64,000 nucleotides of DNA from Micromonosporaceae bacterium (GCA_040255525.1 JBDZVD010000024.1:1722-65721); one strand, 5' to 3'; shown: positions 37,931 through 48,287, numbered from the stretch's first letter. Numbers and translations are program-made. The notes: generated by a model not told the origin, from the sequence alone.

Positions 37931-38416
37931 TCAGGACGGATTGACCAGGTGTTCGAAGGCTCGCAGATTGTCCAGCGGCTCGCCGCGCTTGACCCGCCAG
38001 GCCCACTCCCGCCGGATCGCCGTACCGAAGCCGATCTCCAGCATCGTGTCGAAGCTCTCGTCGGCGTAGGTGAGCACCGAGCCGAGCAGCCGGTCCAGTT
38101 CGTCGGCGGTGACCGCGTGCAGCGGCACCCGGCCGGTGAGGTACACGTCGCCGGCGTTGTCGATGGCGAACGCGACACCGTAGAGACGCGCGTTGCGCTG
38201 CAACAGCCAGGCCCACAACTCTTCCCGGCGCTCGTCCGGCTGGCGCATCACGAACGCCTCGATGGCCAGCGCGTGGTCGCCGACGGTGAGGTTGCACACC
38301 GTCTTGAGTTTGTGGGTACCGGGCAGCGTCACCGCGTACCGGCCGTCGCCGGTGGGCTCCCAGGCGAGCTCCCGTTCGTCCAATGTGGACTCGATGAGCC
38401 GGGCGACGCCGTTCAT
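37931..38416 (-). CDS. YbjN-domain protein (Rv0487-like)
   Basis: [21 protein letters not shown]...[17 protein letters not shown].... The ATG overlaps the mshA stop (ATGA). Confidence 0.75.
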   Translation of the reverse strand: MNGVARLIESTLDERELAWEPTGDGRYAVTLPGTHKLKTVCNLTVGDHALAIEAFVMRQPDERREELWAWLLQRNARLYGVAFAIDNAGDVYLTGRVPLHAVTADELDRLLGSVLTYADESFDTMLEIGFGTAIRREWAWRVKRGEPLDNLRAFEHLVNPS

Positions 38417-39723
38417 CGCGCCGTCGCCAGCTCGAAGCCGAGGCCCTGCGACCGGTACCCGGCCACCGCGTCCCGGTACACGGCGAGCAGGCTGGCGGCC
38501 GTGTGGTTCCAGGAGAACTGCCGAGCGTGCTCGATGCCCCCCTTGCCCAGCAGCGCGCGCAGGTTCGGCTTGCGCAGCAGCCGGGACAGCACCCGGGCCC
38601 ACTCCCCCGGATCGTGGCCGTCGACGAGGACCCCGGAGCGACCGTCCCGCACCGCGGTGGGCAACCCGCCGACCGCGGCGGCCACCACCGGGGTACCGCA
38701 CGCCTGCGCCTCCAGCGCGACCAGCCCGAAAGACTCGTTGTAGCTGGGTACCGCGACGATGTCGGCGGCCCGGTACACGTCGGGCAGGGACTGCCTGCCC
38801 TGCGGCGGGAGAAACCGCACCAGATCGGCCACACCCAGTTCGGTGGCCAGGCCGGCGAGGTCCAGCCCACTGCCGCTGTTGCCCCCGACGATCGCGAGGG
38901 TCACCTGGCCGCGCAGGTCCGGCGGAAGGCCGGCGGCGGCACGCAGCAGGATATCCGGCGCCTTGAGCGGCTGGATGCGGCCGACGAACGCGATGACGTA
39001 CCCCCGGGCCGGCAGCCCCAGCCGGCGCCGGGCGGCGGCACGCGCCGCCTCCTCGCGGCCCGCCGCGGCCGGCGCGAACCGGTCCAGATCCACACCCGGC
39101 TCGACGACCGTCACCCGGTCCTCCGGCGCGCCGTAAAGGTCGACCAGTTCGCGCGCCTCGATGGGCGTGTTCGCCACCAGCCGGTCGGCTTCGACGACCA
39201 CCTGCTCCTCGCCGAGGATCCGGGCCTTGGGCTCGGGCCGGTCGCCGTCCGCCAGCCGGCGGTTCTTGACCTTCGCCAGGGTATGCGCGGTGTGTACCAG
39301 CGGCACCCCCCAGCGGTCCTTCGCCAACCAGCCGACCTGCCCGGACAGCCAGTAGTGCGAGTGCACGAGGTCGTACCAGCCGGGCGAGCGGGCCGCCTCG
39401 GCGCGCAGTACGCCGTTGGTGAACGCGCACATCTGGGCCGGCAGTTCCTCCTTGGCGAGGCCCTCGAACGGACCCGCGGCCACGTGCCGGACCAGCACAC
39501 CGGGGGCCATCTCGACCGTCGCGGGCAGCCCGGAACGGGTGGCCCGGGTGAAGATCTCGACCTCGACGCCGGCCTGGGCGAGCCGTTTGGCGACCTCGAC
39601 GATGTAGACGTTCATCCCACCCGCGTCGCCGGTGCCCGCCTGCTCCAGGGGAGAGGTGTGTACCGAAAGAGTGGCGACCCGACGAGGCAGCCGTGCTGCC
39701 GCCAGTGTGCTCACCCGGGCCAC
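38413..39723 (-). CDS. mshA: D-inositol-3-phosphate glycosyltransferase (mycothiol biosynthesis)
   Basis: [67 protein letters not shown]. Candidate GTG starts are at 39723 or 39714; the track start at 39978 is an over-extension. Confidence 0.9.
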   Translation of the reverse strand: MARVSTLAAARLPRRVATLSVHTSPLEQAGTGDAGGMNVYIVEVAKRLAQAGVEVEIFTRATRSGLPATVEMAPGVLVRHVAAGPFEGLAKEELPAQMCAFTNGVLRAEAARSPGWYDLVHSHYWLSGQVGWLAKDRWGVPLVHTAHTLAKVKNRRLADGDRPEPKARILGEEQVVVEADRLVANTPIEARELVDLYGAPEDRVTVVEPGVDLDRFAPAAAGREEAARAAARRRLGLPARGYVIAFVGRIQPLKAPDILLRAAAGLPPDLRGQVTLAIVGGNSGSGLDLAGLATELGVADLVRFLPPQGRQSLPDVYRAADIVAVPSYNESFGLVALEAQACGTPVVAAAVGGLPTAVRDGRSGVLVDGHDPGEWARVLSRLLRKPNLRALLGKGGIEHARQFSWNHTAASLLAVYRDAVAGYRSQGLGFELATAR

Positions 39724-39962
39724 GTGTGCCCTCCTACCGCGTCGTCGGTACCCGTCGTCGGTCCTGCTGTCGGTTGTGCCCCTATCCAACGCTGTCAACC
39801 GCCAGACCGCCTCGCATCTTCCCGCTTCGCATTCCCGAAACGCCATCGAGGTGAGCAAACTCGCACCGGCGGGCGGCCGCCCTGATGGGCGCCGGGGTGA
39901 GGGTGGCAGGATTTCAGGATGCTCACGCCCGGTTGCGCCACCCCGAAGGAGGACGGTTGACC

Positions 39963-40763
39963 ATGCCAGCTCACTCACCGGTACGGGCGGAAACGGGCGC
40001 GCGGCCGATCGCGGTGATCACCGGAGCGTCCAGCGGGATCGGCACCGCCACCGCGCGCAGGCTGGCCACCGAGCGGTTCCACGTGGTGGTCACCGCCAGG
40101 CGGGCGGACCGGCTGGCCACCCTGGTCGAGGAGATCCGGGCCGGCGGCGGCCAGGCGACCGCGGTACCGGCCGACGTCATCTCCGCGGACGACGTCGCCA
40201 GGCTCGCCGCCGCCGTCGCCGAACTGGACGGGGAGGTGACGCTCCTGGTCAACAACGCCGGCGGGGCGCGGGGCCTGGACCCGATCGCGTCCGCGAGCGT
40301 CGAGGACTGGCAGTGGATGTACGACGTGAACGTCGCCGGTACGCTCCGGGTCACCCAGGCGCTGCTGCCCGCGCTGGACGCGTCGGGCGCCGGCACGGTC
40401 GTCGTGCTCGGCTCGACCGCGGGTCTCATCGTGTACGAGGGCGGGGCCGGCTACGCCGCGGCCAAGCACGCCCAGGCGGCGCTGGCCGAGACGCTGCGCC
40501 TGGAACTGTGCGGCCGGCCGATCCGGGTGGTCGAGATCGATCCGGGCATGGTGCGCACCGACGAGTTCTCGCTCAACCGCTTCGGCGGTGACGAGGAGCG
40601 GGCCGCGGCGGTGTACGCCGGCGTGGCCAACCCGCTCGTGGCCGAGGACATCGCGGACTGCATCGCGTGGTGCGCGACGCGCCCGCACCACGTCAACATC
40701 GACCGCCTGATCGTCCGGCCGCTCGCCCAGGCGGCGCAGCACAAGGTGCACCGGGTGCTGTGA
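39963..40763 (+). CDS. SDR-family oxidoreductase
   Basis: [15 protein letters not shown] (TGxxxGxG), NNAG, and YAAAKHA (YxxxK). The ATG at 39963 has a GGAGGA RBS. Confidence 0.85.
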   Translation: MPAHSPVRAETGARPIAVITGASSGIGTATARRLATERFHVVVTARRADRLATLVEEIRAGGGQATAVPADVISADDVARLAAAVAELDGEVTLLVNNAGGARGLDPIASASVEDWQWMYDVNVAGTLRVTQALLPALDASGAGTVVVLGSTAGLIVYEGGAGYAAAKHAQAALAETLRLELCGRPIRVVEIDPGMVRTDEFSLNRFGGDEERAAAVYAGVANPLVAEDIADCIAWCATRPHHVNIDRLIVRPLAQAAQHKVHRVL

Positions 40764-41605
40764 ACCCGCGCCCGGGCCACCGATCCGCCCCGGCCGGTCC
40801 GGTGTCCGGTGTGCCGCGGGCGCCGGTGGGTTCGGCGACCCGGGGGACCACGAACCCCAACCGGCTGCGCCGGGTGGACGGCTGGATCTGCTCGATGCTC
40901 GGGCCTCGGCTGCCCGACGATCCGCTGGTGGTGGACCTCGGGTACGGGTCCTGGCCGGTGACCACCGTCGAACTGCGCTCCCGGCTGGCCCGGGTACGCC
41001 CGGCCGTCCGGGTGGTGGGGCTGGAGATCGACCCGGTACGGGTGGCCGGAGCGGCGCCGTACCTCGACCCGCCCGGCCTGACCTTCGCGCCCGGCGGGTT
41101 CGAACTGGCCGGCCTGCGCCCCGTGCTGGTACGGGCGATGAACGTGCTGCGCCAGTACCCGGAGCCGGAGGTGCCGGCCGCCTGGTCGACCATGCGCGCC
41201 GCGCTGGCACCGGGCGGGTGGGTCATCGACGGTACCTGCGACGAACTGGGCCGGCTGTCCTCGTGGATCCTGCTGGACGGCTCGGGGCCGCGTTCGCTGA
41301 CCCTGTCCGTGCGGCTGTCCACATTGGATAGCCCGATCGAGGTGGCGCAGCGGCTGCCCAAGGCGCTCATCCACCGCAACGTGCCCGGGCACTGGGTACA
41401 CGCCTACCTGACCGCGCTCGACGACGCGTGGCGCGATGCCGCGCCGCTGTCCACGTTCGGGTACCGGCAGCGGTGGATCCGGGCGGTGTCAGCGACCCGG
41501 GAGGCCGGCTGGCCGGTACGGGACGGGGTACGGCGCTGGCGCCTCGGCGAGGTGACCGTCGACTGGCCGCAATCCCCCGACCGGAGCGCCGGCACGGACC
41601 GGTGA
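40760..41605 (+). CDS. class I SAM-dependent methyltransferase-like protein
   Basis: VVDLGYGSWPVT (motif I-like) and VVGLEID. The GTG at 40760 overlaps the SDR stop (GTGA), suggesting translational coupling. Confidence 0.65.
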   Translation: MNPRPGHRSAPAGPVSGVPRAPVGSATRGTTNPNRLRRVDGWICSMLGPRLPDDPLVVDLGYGSWPVTTVELRSRLARVRPAVRVVGLEIDPVRVAGAAPYLDPPGLTFAPGGFELAGLRPVLVRAMNVLRQYPEPEVPAAWSTMRAALAPGGWVIDGTCDELGRLSSWILLDGSGPRSLTLSVRLSTLDSPIEVAQRLPKALIHRNVPGHWVHAYLTALDDAWRDAAPLSTFGYRQRWIRAVSATREAGWPVRDGVRRWRLGEVTVDWPQSPDRSAGTDR

Positions 41606-41756
41606 GCGCCGCCGGCCGGCCCGCCGCCACGCGGGTGCCAGATCACCGCGCCGACATGCACCGGGCAGATCAACGCTTTACAGTAGGTGCGACTTCGGCG
41701 CCCCGGGCTCGACTCGCCCCGCGATCGCGGCGCCGACAACACGGACATGGACGGGG

Positions 41757-42530
41757 ATGAGCGGGCACGTGGACAAGAAGGAATTCCGCCTCGCGGCGCT
41801 GCGCACCGAGGGATCGGCGTTCCGGGAGGCGGTCGTCGACGCGTCGCTGGACGCTCCGGTGCCGTCCTGCCCCGACTGGAGCGTGGCCCGGCTGATCGGC
41901 CACCTCGGTGAGGTCTACGGCTTCGTCATCGATCATGTGGGCCGCGGTCTGACGAGCCGGCCCGACCAGACGGCCCCGGGCGCGTTCGCCCCGCCGCCGG
42001 GTGCCGACCTGGTCGGCTGGTGGGATGACCGGTACCAGAAGCTGATCGCGCTGCTCGACTCGCTCGACCCCGACCTGCCGGCATGGAACTGGGCGCCGCA
42101 GGCGAAGACGGCGGCGTTCTGGCAGCGGCGGATGGTGCACGAGACGACGATCCACCGGTGGGACGCCCAGTTCGCCACGATCAACGCGGAGCCGATCGAG
42201 CCGAGGCTCGCCGCGGACGGGGTGGAGGAGGTGCTGGACACCTGGCTGCCGGCCGGGCGCCGGTGCGGCCCGGCCGACCTGGTGGGCATCGCCGGGCTGT
42301 GCGCCACCGATCTGGAGCGGGAGTGGCTGGTCCGGCTGCGCGCCGACGGCGGGGTGGCGCTGCTGGACACCGATACCCTGCTGGACACCGACGAGCACCA
42401 CGAGCGGGCGGTGGCCCGCGGCACCGCCAGCGACCTGATGCTCGCGCTGTACGGCCGGATCGGCTACGACGTACTGGACCTGAGCGGCGAGGTGCGGCTG
42501 CTGGAGGCGCTGCGCACCGGCTGCGCGTGA
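41757..42530 (+). CDS. maleylpyruvate isomerase-family mycothiol-dependent enzyme (DinB/MDMPI_N fold)
   Basis: CPDWSVARLIGHLGEV..., FWQRRMVHETTIHRWDA: TIGR03083-like pattern. Confidence 0.75.
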   Translation: MSGHVDKKEFRLAALRTEGSAFREAVVDASLDAPVPSCPDWSVARLIGHLGEVYGFVIDHVGRGLTSRPDQTAPGAFAPPPGADLVGWWDDRYQKLIALLDSLDPDLPAWNWAPQAKTAAFWQRRMVHETTIHRWDAQFATINAEPIEPRLAADGVEEVLDTWLPAGRRCGPADLVGIAGLCATDLEREWLVRLRADGGVALLDTDTLLDTDEHHERAVARGTASDLMLALYGRIGYDVLDLSGEVRLLEALRTGCA

Positions 42531-42540
42531 CGGATCGCGG

Positions 42541-43353
42541 CTAGCGGTCCAGGCTCAGCACCAGCTGCGGCCGGGCGATCTCGTGATCCGGACGGATCGG
42601 CCGGACCGCGGTCCCGATCGCGAAGAACTCGGTCGTGTGCGAGCCCCACGAGTGGTTGCGCTGATCCAACTGGACGCCGACGATGCCCTCCGCGGACAGC
42701 GCCTCCGCCTCTTTCTGCATCCGCGCCATGGCCAGTTCCCGCGCGTCGTAGAGGGCCTGGGTGAACTGCGGCAACTCGGTGTTCTGGCCGAGGTTGGACA
42801 GGATGTTGCCGAACGTGCGGTGCGCCACGTGGTACACGCAGACGCCCATCACCATGCCCAGCGGCGCGTAGCCGGCCTGCAGCAGGGTCCAGAAGTCCTG
42901 CCCGGACAGGTCCGACGTGAACGGCTGGCCGTGGTCGTTGCGCCAGCTCTTGCCGTCGTCCGCCTTGACCGCGGTGCCGACCGCGAGGAACTCGGCGGCG
43001 TCCGAGCCCCACTCCTTGAACTCGACCTCCAGCCGTACCCCGACGATCCCGTCGGCGCCGAGCACGTCCGCCTCCGCCTGCATCCGGGTCATGGCCAGCT
43101 CCCGGGCGTGGTACATGGCCTGGGAGAGCACGTCGAGTTCCTGGTTCTTGCTCCACCGGCCGACCTGGAAGCCGACGTGGTACACCGAGGTGCCCAGCAC
43201 CAGCCCGAGCGGGGTGAATCCGGCCTGCTTGACCAGAAGGAACTCGTTGACCGTCAGGTCGGACGTGAAGATGTGGCCCTTCTTGTCCGGCCGCAGCTCG
43301 GCCAGCCGGTTCATGGCGTCCTGCGGCAGGCCGAGGTCGGTCGGGTCGCTCAT
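42541..43353 (-). CDS. tandem YbjQ/UPF0145 (heavy-metal-binding-like) domain protein
   Basis: Two internal repeats, each FTSDL(T/S)..(F)..L...G(F/Y).PLG.V.G..VYHV ... ARELAM.RM..EA..L.A.GIVGV.L......... EF.A.GTAV, matching the YbjQ fold pattern. Confidence 0.75.
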   Translation of the reverse strand: MSDPTDLGLPQDAMNRLAELRPDKKGHIFTSDLTVNEFLLVKQAGFTPLGLVLGTSVYHVGFQVGRWSKNQELDVLSQAMYHARELAMTRMQAEADVLGADGIVGVRLEVEFKEWGSDAAEFLAVGTAVKADDGKSWRNDHGQPFTSDLSGQDFWTLLQAGYAPLGMVMGVCVYHVAHRTFGNILSNLGQNTELPQFTQALYDARELAMARMQKEAEALSAEGIVGVQLDQRNHSWGSHTTEFFAIGTAVRPIRPDHEIARPQLVLSLDR

Positions 43354-43372
43354 CGAAGCTCCATTCCGGCCC

Positions 43373-44365
43373 TCACAGCCGCATCATCGGTAAAGGCGCC
43401 TCGACGGAGGCGTTCGTCTCGAAGGGCACCACCGCGGTGCCCCAGATGAACGTGTTCGCCACGTGGTCCTCACCCTCGCCGCCACCCGCGCAGCGCTGCT
43501 CGGACACCTGCATCATCATGTCGCGCAGCAGGACCGTCTGCCCGCCCACGCCCTTCGCGTCGCTGGCCAGCGACTTGCGGGCGGCGTCCCGGGCGGCCTG
43601 GACCAGTTGGGTCGAGCCGGCCATCTCCTGGTTGTACCAGGAGCGGCGCTGGCTCATTACGCTCCAGTCGTCGTGCCGGATCATCGACCCGACGCCCTGT
43701 ACCAGGGCCACCGGCACCCACCCGGAGCGGATCAGCTTGGCGAAGTCCTGCCCTGACAGGTCGGACGTGAACGGCTTGCGCGGGCGCTTGGCGCCGTCGG
43801 CCCGGACCGCGGTGCCGATCGCGATGAACTCCAGGCCGTTGCCGTAGAACGACTGTACGGTCAGGCGTACCCCGACCACCCCGTCGCCACCGAGCCCCGC
43901 GCACTCCTGGCGCATCCGCTCGACCGCGCGGTGGCGGGCCTGGTTGAGCAGTTGCTGGGTGGCCGGCACCGGGACCACCGGAGCCATCGTCCAACCGCCG
44001 AACACGCCGCCACCGGCGATGCCGCCACCGGCGAATCCCCCGCCGGCCACGCCGCCACGCACCCCGCCGCCGCCGATGCCGCGGCCGTAGTAGTACCCGC
44101 AGCCGGTGTACGACCAGCCGACGTTGTACACCGCGCTGCCGAGCACCTGCCCGACCGGCGAGAAGCCGACCGAGCGGATCGCGGCGAACTCCTCGACGCT
44201 CAACGCGGAGGTGAAGCTGCCCGGTTCGCCCCGGTCCCGCCGTTCGCGCTGCTCCGCGATGCGCCACTGGGCACGCAGCGGCAGGCGACCGGCGGTGATC
44301 TCCACCGCGCTGCCCTCCGCGATCTCCTCCGCGGTCCAGGTCTGGCCGCTCGGGTCGACCGTCAT
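43373..44365 (-). CDS. tandem YbjQ/UPF0145-like domain protein with Gly-rich insertion
   Basis: FTSALSVEEFAAIRSVGFSPVGQVLGSAVYNVG, then the insert GCGYYYGRGIGGGGVRGGVAGGGFAGGGIAGGGVFGG, then GGDGVVGVRL...EFIAIGTAV, with a second copy FTSDLSGQDFAKLIRSGWVPVALVQG.... The ATG at 44365 is chosen; the track start at 44563 is an over-extension. Confidence 0.7.
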   Translation of the reverse strand: MTVDPSGQTWTAEEIAEGSAVEITAGRLPLRAQWRIAEQRERRDRGEPGSFTSALSVEEFAAIRSVGFSPVGQVLGSAVYNVGWSYTGCGYYYGRGIGGGGVRGGVAGGGFAGGGIAGGGVFGGWTMAPVVPVPATQQLLNQARHRAVERMRQECAGLGGDGVVGVRLTVQSFYGNGLEFIAIGTAVRADGAKRPRKPFTSDLSGQDFAKLIRSGWVPVALVQGVGSMIRHDDWSVMSQRRSWYNQEMAGSTQLVQAARDAARKSLASDAKGVGGQTVLLRDMMMQVSEQRCAGGGEGEDHVANTFIWGTAVVPFETNASVEAPLPMMRL

Positions 44366-44390
44366 CGGCCGACCCCCCGGCACCCGAGGG

Positions 44391-44825
44391 TCACGGCGCG
44401 GTGAGTTTCTGGAGCGCGGCCACCGCCGCGGCGTTGGTGCCCGCGACCTCGGCCAGCGCGGCGGCCAGCCTGCGCGACCACTCGTCGGCGGAGACCTGCT
44501 TGGTGGACAGCACCACGCCACCGGACTCGTGGCAGACCCGGGTCGCGGCGCGCGCCCCGACATCCTCCCGGTCCAGCTCGTACCGGTGGTCGCCGACCGT
44601 GACAGAGATGCCCAGCACCGCGGGCTCCCGCCGGCCGGACAGCCGGGCCTTCCACTTGCTCTCGCGACGCACCTTCACGAGGTCCGGTGGCAGCGTCGCG
44701 GACAGCACGTTGAGCAGCATCCCGGAGTACAGCGAGAGATCATCTGTGTGCCGGCGCAACTGGGCGGCGAGCAGTTCGAGATCGAAATTCGACTGCGGTG
44801 TGCCCTGCGTCATACGCCCCTCCAA
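44391..44825 (-). CDS. hypothetical protein (144 aa), first gene of the YbjQ-like module
   Basis: High GC3 and a balanced composition (FDLELLAAQLRRHTDDLSLYSGMLLNVLSATLPPDLVKVRRE...). No family recognised. Lies 25 bp upstream of the next gene. Confidence 0.55.
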   Translation of the reverse strand: MEGRMTQGTPQSNFDLELLAAQLRRHTDDLSLYSGMLLNVLSATLPPDLVKVRRESKWKARLSGRREPAVLGISVTVGDHRYELDREDVGARAATRVCHESGGVVLSTKQVSADEWSRRLAAALAEVAGTNAAAVAALQKLTAP

Positions 44826-44903
44826 AGCGCTACTCCGCTACAGGCTAGCGCTCTGGGGGGCCGCTTGGCCGGCCCGCCCACCACCACCAGGCGGGCCCGG
44901 CGG

Positions 44904-45416
44904 CTAACCCTCGGCGGCCACCTCCCGGGCGACCGCGAGAACGTCCGCCCCGAACAGGACGAGCCGGACCTGATCCGGGCGGGCGGTGGCCGCCTCGATC
45001 GCGGTGAGCGCCTGGCGCACCGCGTCGTCGACCGGCCACCCGTAGATGCCCGCCGAGATCAACGGGAACGCGATCGAGGCCGCGCCCAGCTCGTGCGCCA
45101 GCGCCAGGGAGTTGGTGTAGCAGTCCCGGAGCAGGCCCGACCGGTCGTCCTGGCCGGTGTAGACGGGGCCGACGGTGTGGATCACCCACCGGGCCGGAAG
45201 CCTGCCGGCGGTGGTCGCCACGGCCTGCCCGGTCGGCAGCCCCCCGCCGTACCGGCCGGCACGCAACGCCCGGCACTCGGCCAGGATCTCCGGGCCACCG
45301 CGCCGGTGGATCGCGCCGTCCACCCCGCCACCGCCCAGCAGCGAGGAGTTCGCGGCGTTCACGATGGCGTCCACCGGCTGCGCGGTGATGTCCCCCTGGA
45401 CCAGTTCGAGCGTCAT
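44904..45416 (-). CDS. macro-domain protein (O-acetyl-ADP-ribose deacetylase, YmdB-like)
   Basis: [59 protein letters not shown]. Confidence 0.9.
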   Translation of the reverse strand: MTLELVQGDITAQPVDAIVNAANSSLLGGGGVDGAIHRRGGPEILAECRALRAGRYGGGLPTGQAVATTAGRLPARWVIHTVGPVYTGQDDRSGLLRDCYTNSLALAHELGAASIAFPLISAGIYGWPVDDAVRQALTAIEAATARPDQVRLVLFGADVLAVAREVAAEG

Positions 45417-45431
45417 CGGAGAATCATGTGC

Positions 45432-46208
45432 CTAGTGCGGCAGTCCGTACATCCGGCGGGTCATCAGGGTGGCGCCGACCACGGCCGCCGGCATCACCAG
45501 GATCGCGCCCAACGGGATCAGGAAGCACACGAAGACCGCCACGCCGAAGCCGAGCGCCAGGAACCGGTGCTGCCGCAGCACCTTGCGGCGCCCGCGCAGC
45601 CGGACCCCCCGCCTGCCGAACGCCACCCCGGTCAGCTCCAGGGCAAGGGCCCAGCCGCCGACGAGCGCACCGATCACCGGTACCACGGTCTGCCCGACCG
45701 CCGGCAGGAACCCGGCGACGAACAGCAGCACGCCGACCACCGCGGAGAAGACCAGCAGCCGGATGGATTCGCCCAGACCGCGGACGATCTCGCGCCACCA
45801 GGGCAGCTCGACGGCGTCGGGTACGCCGCCCAGGCCGTCCTCGATCCGCTCGGAGATCTTCTCGTAGAACGGGTCGCCGATGGCCAGCGTGAGCCCGGTG
45901 AACGCGACGAACGCCAGGAGGACGAACACCCCGACGATCGCGATGTTCGCGAGCACCCGGACCGCGTCGCGGGGCCCCGCGGACCAGTCGTCGGCGAACC
46001 AGGTCACCGCGCGCGACTCGGGGCCGAGGAACACCAGCAGCACGATGAACGCGCCGACGAGCAGAGCGAAGCTGATCAACGCCGGGACCATGCCGAGCAC
46101 GACCAGCCCAGGGTTCCGGGCGTAGGTACCCAGCCCCCGGATGAGCAATCCGACGCCGGTCAGGAACTCCTGGGCCGGCCGGCCCGCGCGCGCCACTCGG
46201 TTGTCCAC
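45432..46208 (-). CDS. EI24/CysZ-like integral membrane protein
   Basis: Multi-TM protein with the EI24/CysZ-like pattern (LIRGLGTYARNPGLVVLGMVPALISFALL..., LLVFSAVVGVLLFVAGFLPAVGQ...). Confidence 0.7.
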   Translation of the reverse strand: MDNRVARAGRPAQEFLTGVGLLIRGLGTYARNPGLVVLGMVPALISFALLVGAFIVLLVFLGPESRAVTWFADDWSAGPRDAVRVLANIAIVGVFVLLAFVAFTGLTLAIGDPFYEKISERIEDGLGGVPDAVELPWWREIVRGLGESIRLLVFSAVVGVLLFVAGFLPAVGQTVVPVIGALVGGWALALELTGVAFGRRGVRLRGRRKVLRQHRFLALGFGVAVFVCFLIPLGAILVMPAAVVGATLMTRRMYGLPH

Positions 46209-46279
46209 GCGGGGAGCCTAACGGCCAAGGTCGATTCCCGCTCCGCGGCGGGGAGCCGACCGGCCGGCGGCGGAGCCGA

Positions 46280-47017
46280 TCAGTCGGAGACCCGCACCCG
46301 TACCCGCCGGTTGGCCCGGCCCTTGCTCTCCACCTTGACCACCGAGACCTTGCCGATCTGCCTGGTGGACGCGACGTGCGTTCCGCCGTCGGCCTGCACG
46401 TCCAGGCCGGTGATGTCGACGATCCGGATCTCCTGCTCGCCGGCCGGGATGAGGTTGGACTGGGTGCGGATGATGTCCGGCAGCGCCAGCGCCTCGTCCC
46501 GGGACAGCACCCGGGTCACCACCCGGCGGTCCGCCGCCACCTCCGCGTTGACCAGGTCCTCCAGCCGGGCCTTGAAGTCGGCCGGCACCTCGGGCAGGTT
46601 GAAGTCCATCCGGGCCTCGCCGGGCTCCATGTTGCCGCCGGTGACGAGCGCGCCGAAGTCACGGAACACGACGCCGCACAGGACGTGCAGGCCGGAGTGG
46701 GTGCGCATGAGCATGCTGCGCCGGTCGTCCTCCACCGCGCCGGTGACCGCGGTACCCGCCGGCGGTAGCGGGTCGCCCTCGGCCGGCAGCAGGTACAGGT
46801 CGTCGCCCTTGCGGGTACCGACGATCCGGGTCTGCACCCCCTGCCAGAGCAGTACCCCGTGATCCGGCGGCTGGCCGCCGCCACCGGGGTAGAACGCCGA
46901 ACGGTCCAGCACGATGCCGTCCTGCGGGTCTGAGGACAGGACCGTGCACTCCCACTCCCGCAGGCTCGGATCGGCCAGATCGAGCCGGTGCGTGCGGCCA
47001 TGCTGCGTGACACCCAT
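46280..47017 (-). CDS. alanyl-tRNA editing protein (AlaX-type)
   Basis: HSGLHVLCG (HxxxH) and DGGTHVAST motifs, and a ~245 aa length. Confidence 0.8.
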   Translation of the reverse strand: MGVTQHGRTHRLDLADPSLREWECTVLSSDPQDGIVLDRSAFYPGGGGQPPDHGVLLWQGVQTRIVGTRKGDDLYLLPAEGDPLPPAGTAVTGAVEDDRRSMLMRTHSGLHVLCGVVFRDFGALVTGGNMEPGEARMDFNLPEVPADFKARLEDLVNAEVAADRRVVTRVLSRDEALALPDIIRTQSNLIPAGEQEIRIVDITGLDVQADGGTHVASTRQIGKVSVVKVESKGRANRRVRVRVSD

Positions 47018-47080
47018 AACCCGCGACCCTACTCGCCGGTGTCCGGAGCCGGCCGGTACTCCGCCACCGGCGCGGCCGGC

Positions 47081-47905
47081 TCAGTCCCCGGCGCCGAGGA
47101 AGGCGCTGACCCGCTGTCTCAGGTCGGCCCGAGCCGTCCACAGCACCCCGGGCCGGTCGTAGACGTGCAGCCGGGCGTGCGGCAGGAGGCTGGCCAGCCG
47201 CTCGGCCACCGGTACCGGGTGCAGCTCGTCCCCGGCGGCCGCGATCACCAGTGCCGGGGCGGTGACCGCGCCCAGGGCCGCCGCGTCGGGTACCGCGACC
47301 CGATCGGTCAGCCCGGCCAGACCGGCGCCGAGGCCGTCGCGCAGCAGCCGCCCGGCACGCTGCCGGACAAACGCCCGCGCTGCCGGGGTCACCCGCAAGG
47401 CGGCGGGCACCTCGGCGGACACCACCTCCGCCACGCGGTCCGGGTCCCCGGAGCCGATCGAGTCCAGCAGGGCGGTCAGCCGGGCTCGGGTCGGGCCGGC
47501 CCGTGGCGCGTCCAGCACGGCGGGCAGGAAGAAGACCAGCCGCCGGAACCGGTCGGGCCGGTCGACCAGCAGCCGGCACAGGGCACCCGCGCCGAGGCTG
47601 ACGCCCAGTGCCTGGTCGGCACGGTGAAAGTCAGCGAGGGCGGCGAGGTCGGCCGCCAGGTCGGCGTAGCTCCACTCGCCGGGCGGCGCGCCGGAGCGGC
47701 CGTGGCCACGGAGCTGGACGAAGACCTTGGAACCGGGTACCCCGCTGCCCAGCGGGCGGGTGTCGGCGATACCGCCGCCCAGTCCGTGCGCGAACACGGT
47801 CACCGGTCGGCCGGTACCGGTGGTCAGGTACTCCAGCTCGACGCCGTGGGGTGTGCGCAGCAGCTCGGTCGGGGGTGGTGGCAGCAGCGCGGGCTCCCCT
47901 ACCAG
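47081..47905 (-). CDS. alpha/beta hydrolase
   Basis: VTVFAHGLGG, then the nucleophile elbow GVSLGAG. The start is unresolved. No ATG or GTG lies between the DUF2516 stop and the first beta-strands, so the options are the CTG at 47905 or the ATG at 48055, which overlaps the upstream gene. Confidence 0.6.
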   Translation of the reverse strand: MVGEPALLPPPPTELLRTPHGVELEYLTTGTGRPVTVFAHGLGGGIADTRPLGSGVPGSKVFVQLRGHGRSGAPPGEWSYADLAADLAALADFHRADQALGVSLGAGALCRLLVDRPDRFRRLVFFLPAVLDAPRAGPTRARLTALLDSIGSGDPDRVAEVVSAEVPAALRVTPAARAFVRQRAGRLLRDGLGAGLAGLTDRVAVPDAAALGAVTAPALVIAAAGDELHPVPVAERLASLLPHARLHVYDRPGVLWTARADLRQRVSAFLGAGD

Positions 47906-48213
47906 GAGCCCTGTCCGTCCACCGCGTCGCGTAGCGCCGGACGCAGGTCCAGCAGGTACACGGCGGCGACGGTGACCGCGATCAGCCCGAGGAAGCTGCG
48001 GACGCCGCCGAACAACAGGGTCACCAGCAGGGCCGCGCCGGTCATCGCGAGCCATCCGCCCTTCGGGATGCGCCCCACGACCTGGAACGCGTCGGCCCGC
48101 TGAGTCAGGCAGTTGACGAATGCGAACAGCTCGATGATCAGGCACACCAGGGTGAGCGCATAGGTGACGATGTTGGTCACCGTGAGGTAGAAGAGCGGCG
48201 CGGCAACGACCAT
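47899..48213 (-). CDS. DUF2516-like small membrane protein
   Basis: Three predicted TM helices (IVTYALTLVCLIIELFAFVNCL..., GGWLAMTGAALLVTLLFGG..., LGLIAVTVAAVYLL). Lies downstream of the hbhA-like gene, which from memory matches the Rv0476 position. Confidence 0.65.
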   Translation of the reverse strand: MVVAAPLFYLTVTNIVTYALTLVCLIIELFAFVNCLTQRADAFQVVGRIPKGGWLAMTGAALLVTLLFGGVRSFLGLIAVTVAAVYLLDLRPALRDAVDGQGSW

Positions 48214-48287
48214 GGGTACGAGCTTATGCCGGCGCGGCCCGGGTATCCCGGGCCGCGCCGGCCGACTGTGCCGAGGTCGCGGGCCGG

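Noticed and set aside
37352-38069. Track ORFs 37352..37822 (minus strand) and 37641..38069 (plus strand) in the ybjN-gpmA gap.
   Set aside because: GC3 is poor or mixed, the composition is junk-like, and both would read straight through the strong terminator hairpin or into ybjN. I treat the region as non-coding or decayed (see finding).
44904-45416. Macro-domain protein as a DarG-type antitoxin of a DarTG system.
   Set aside because: There is no adjacent DarT (DUF4433) gene. The protein is a short stand-alone YmdB/Af1521-like macro domain without the DarG C-terminal region.
44106-46862. 918-aa plus-strand ORF across the YbjQ-like, macro, EI24 and AlaX genes.
   Set aside because: It is antisense to five minus-strand genes that carry family motifs. 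It is low-complexity and rich in Arg, Pro and Asp.
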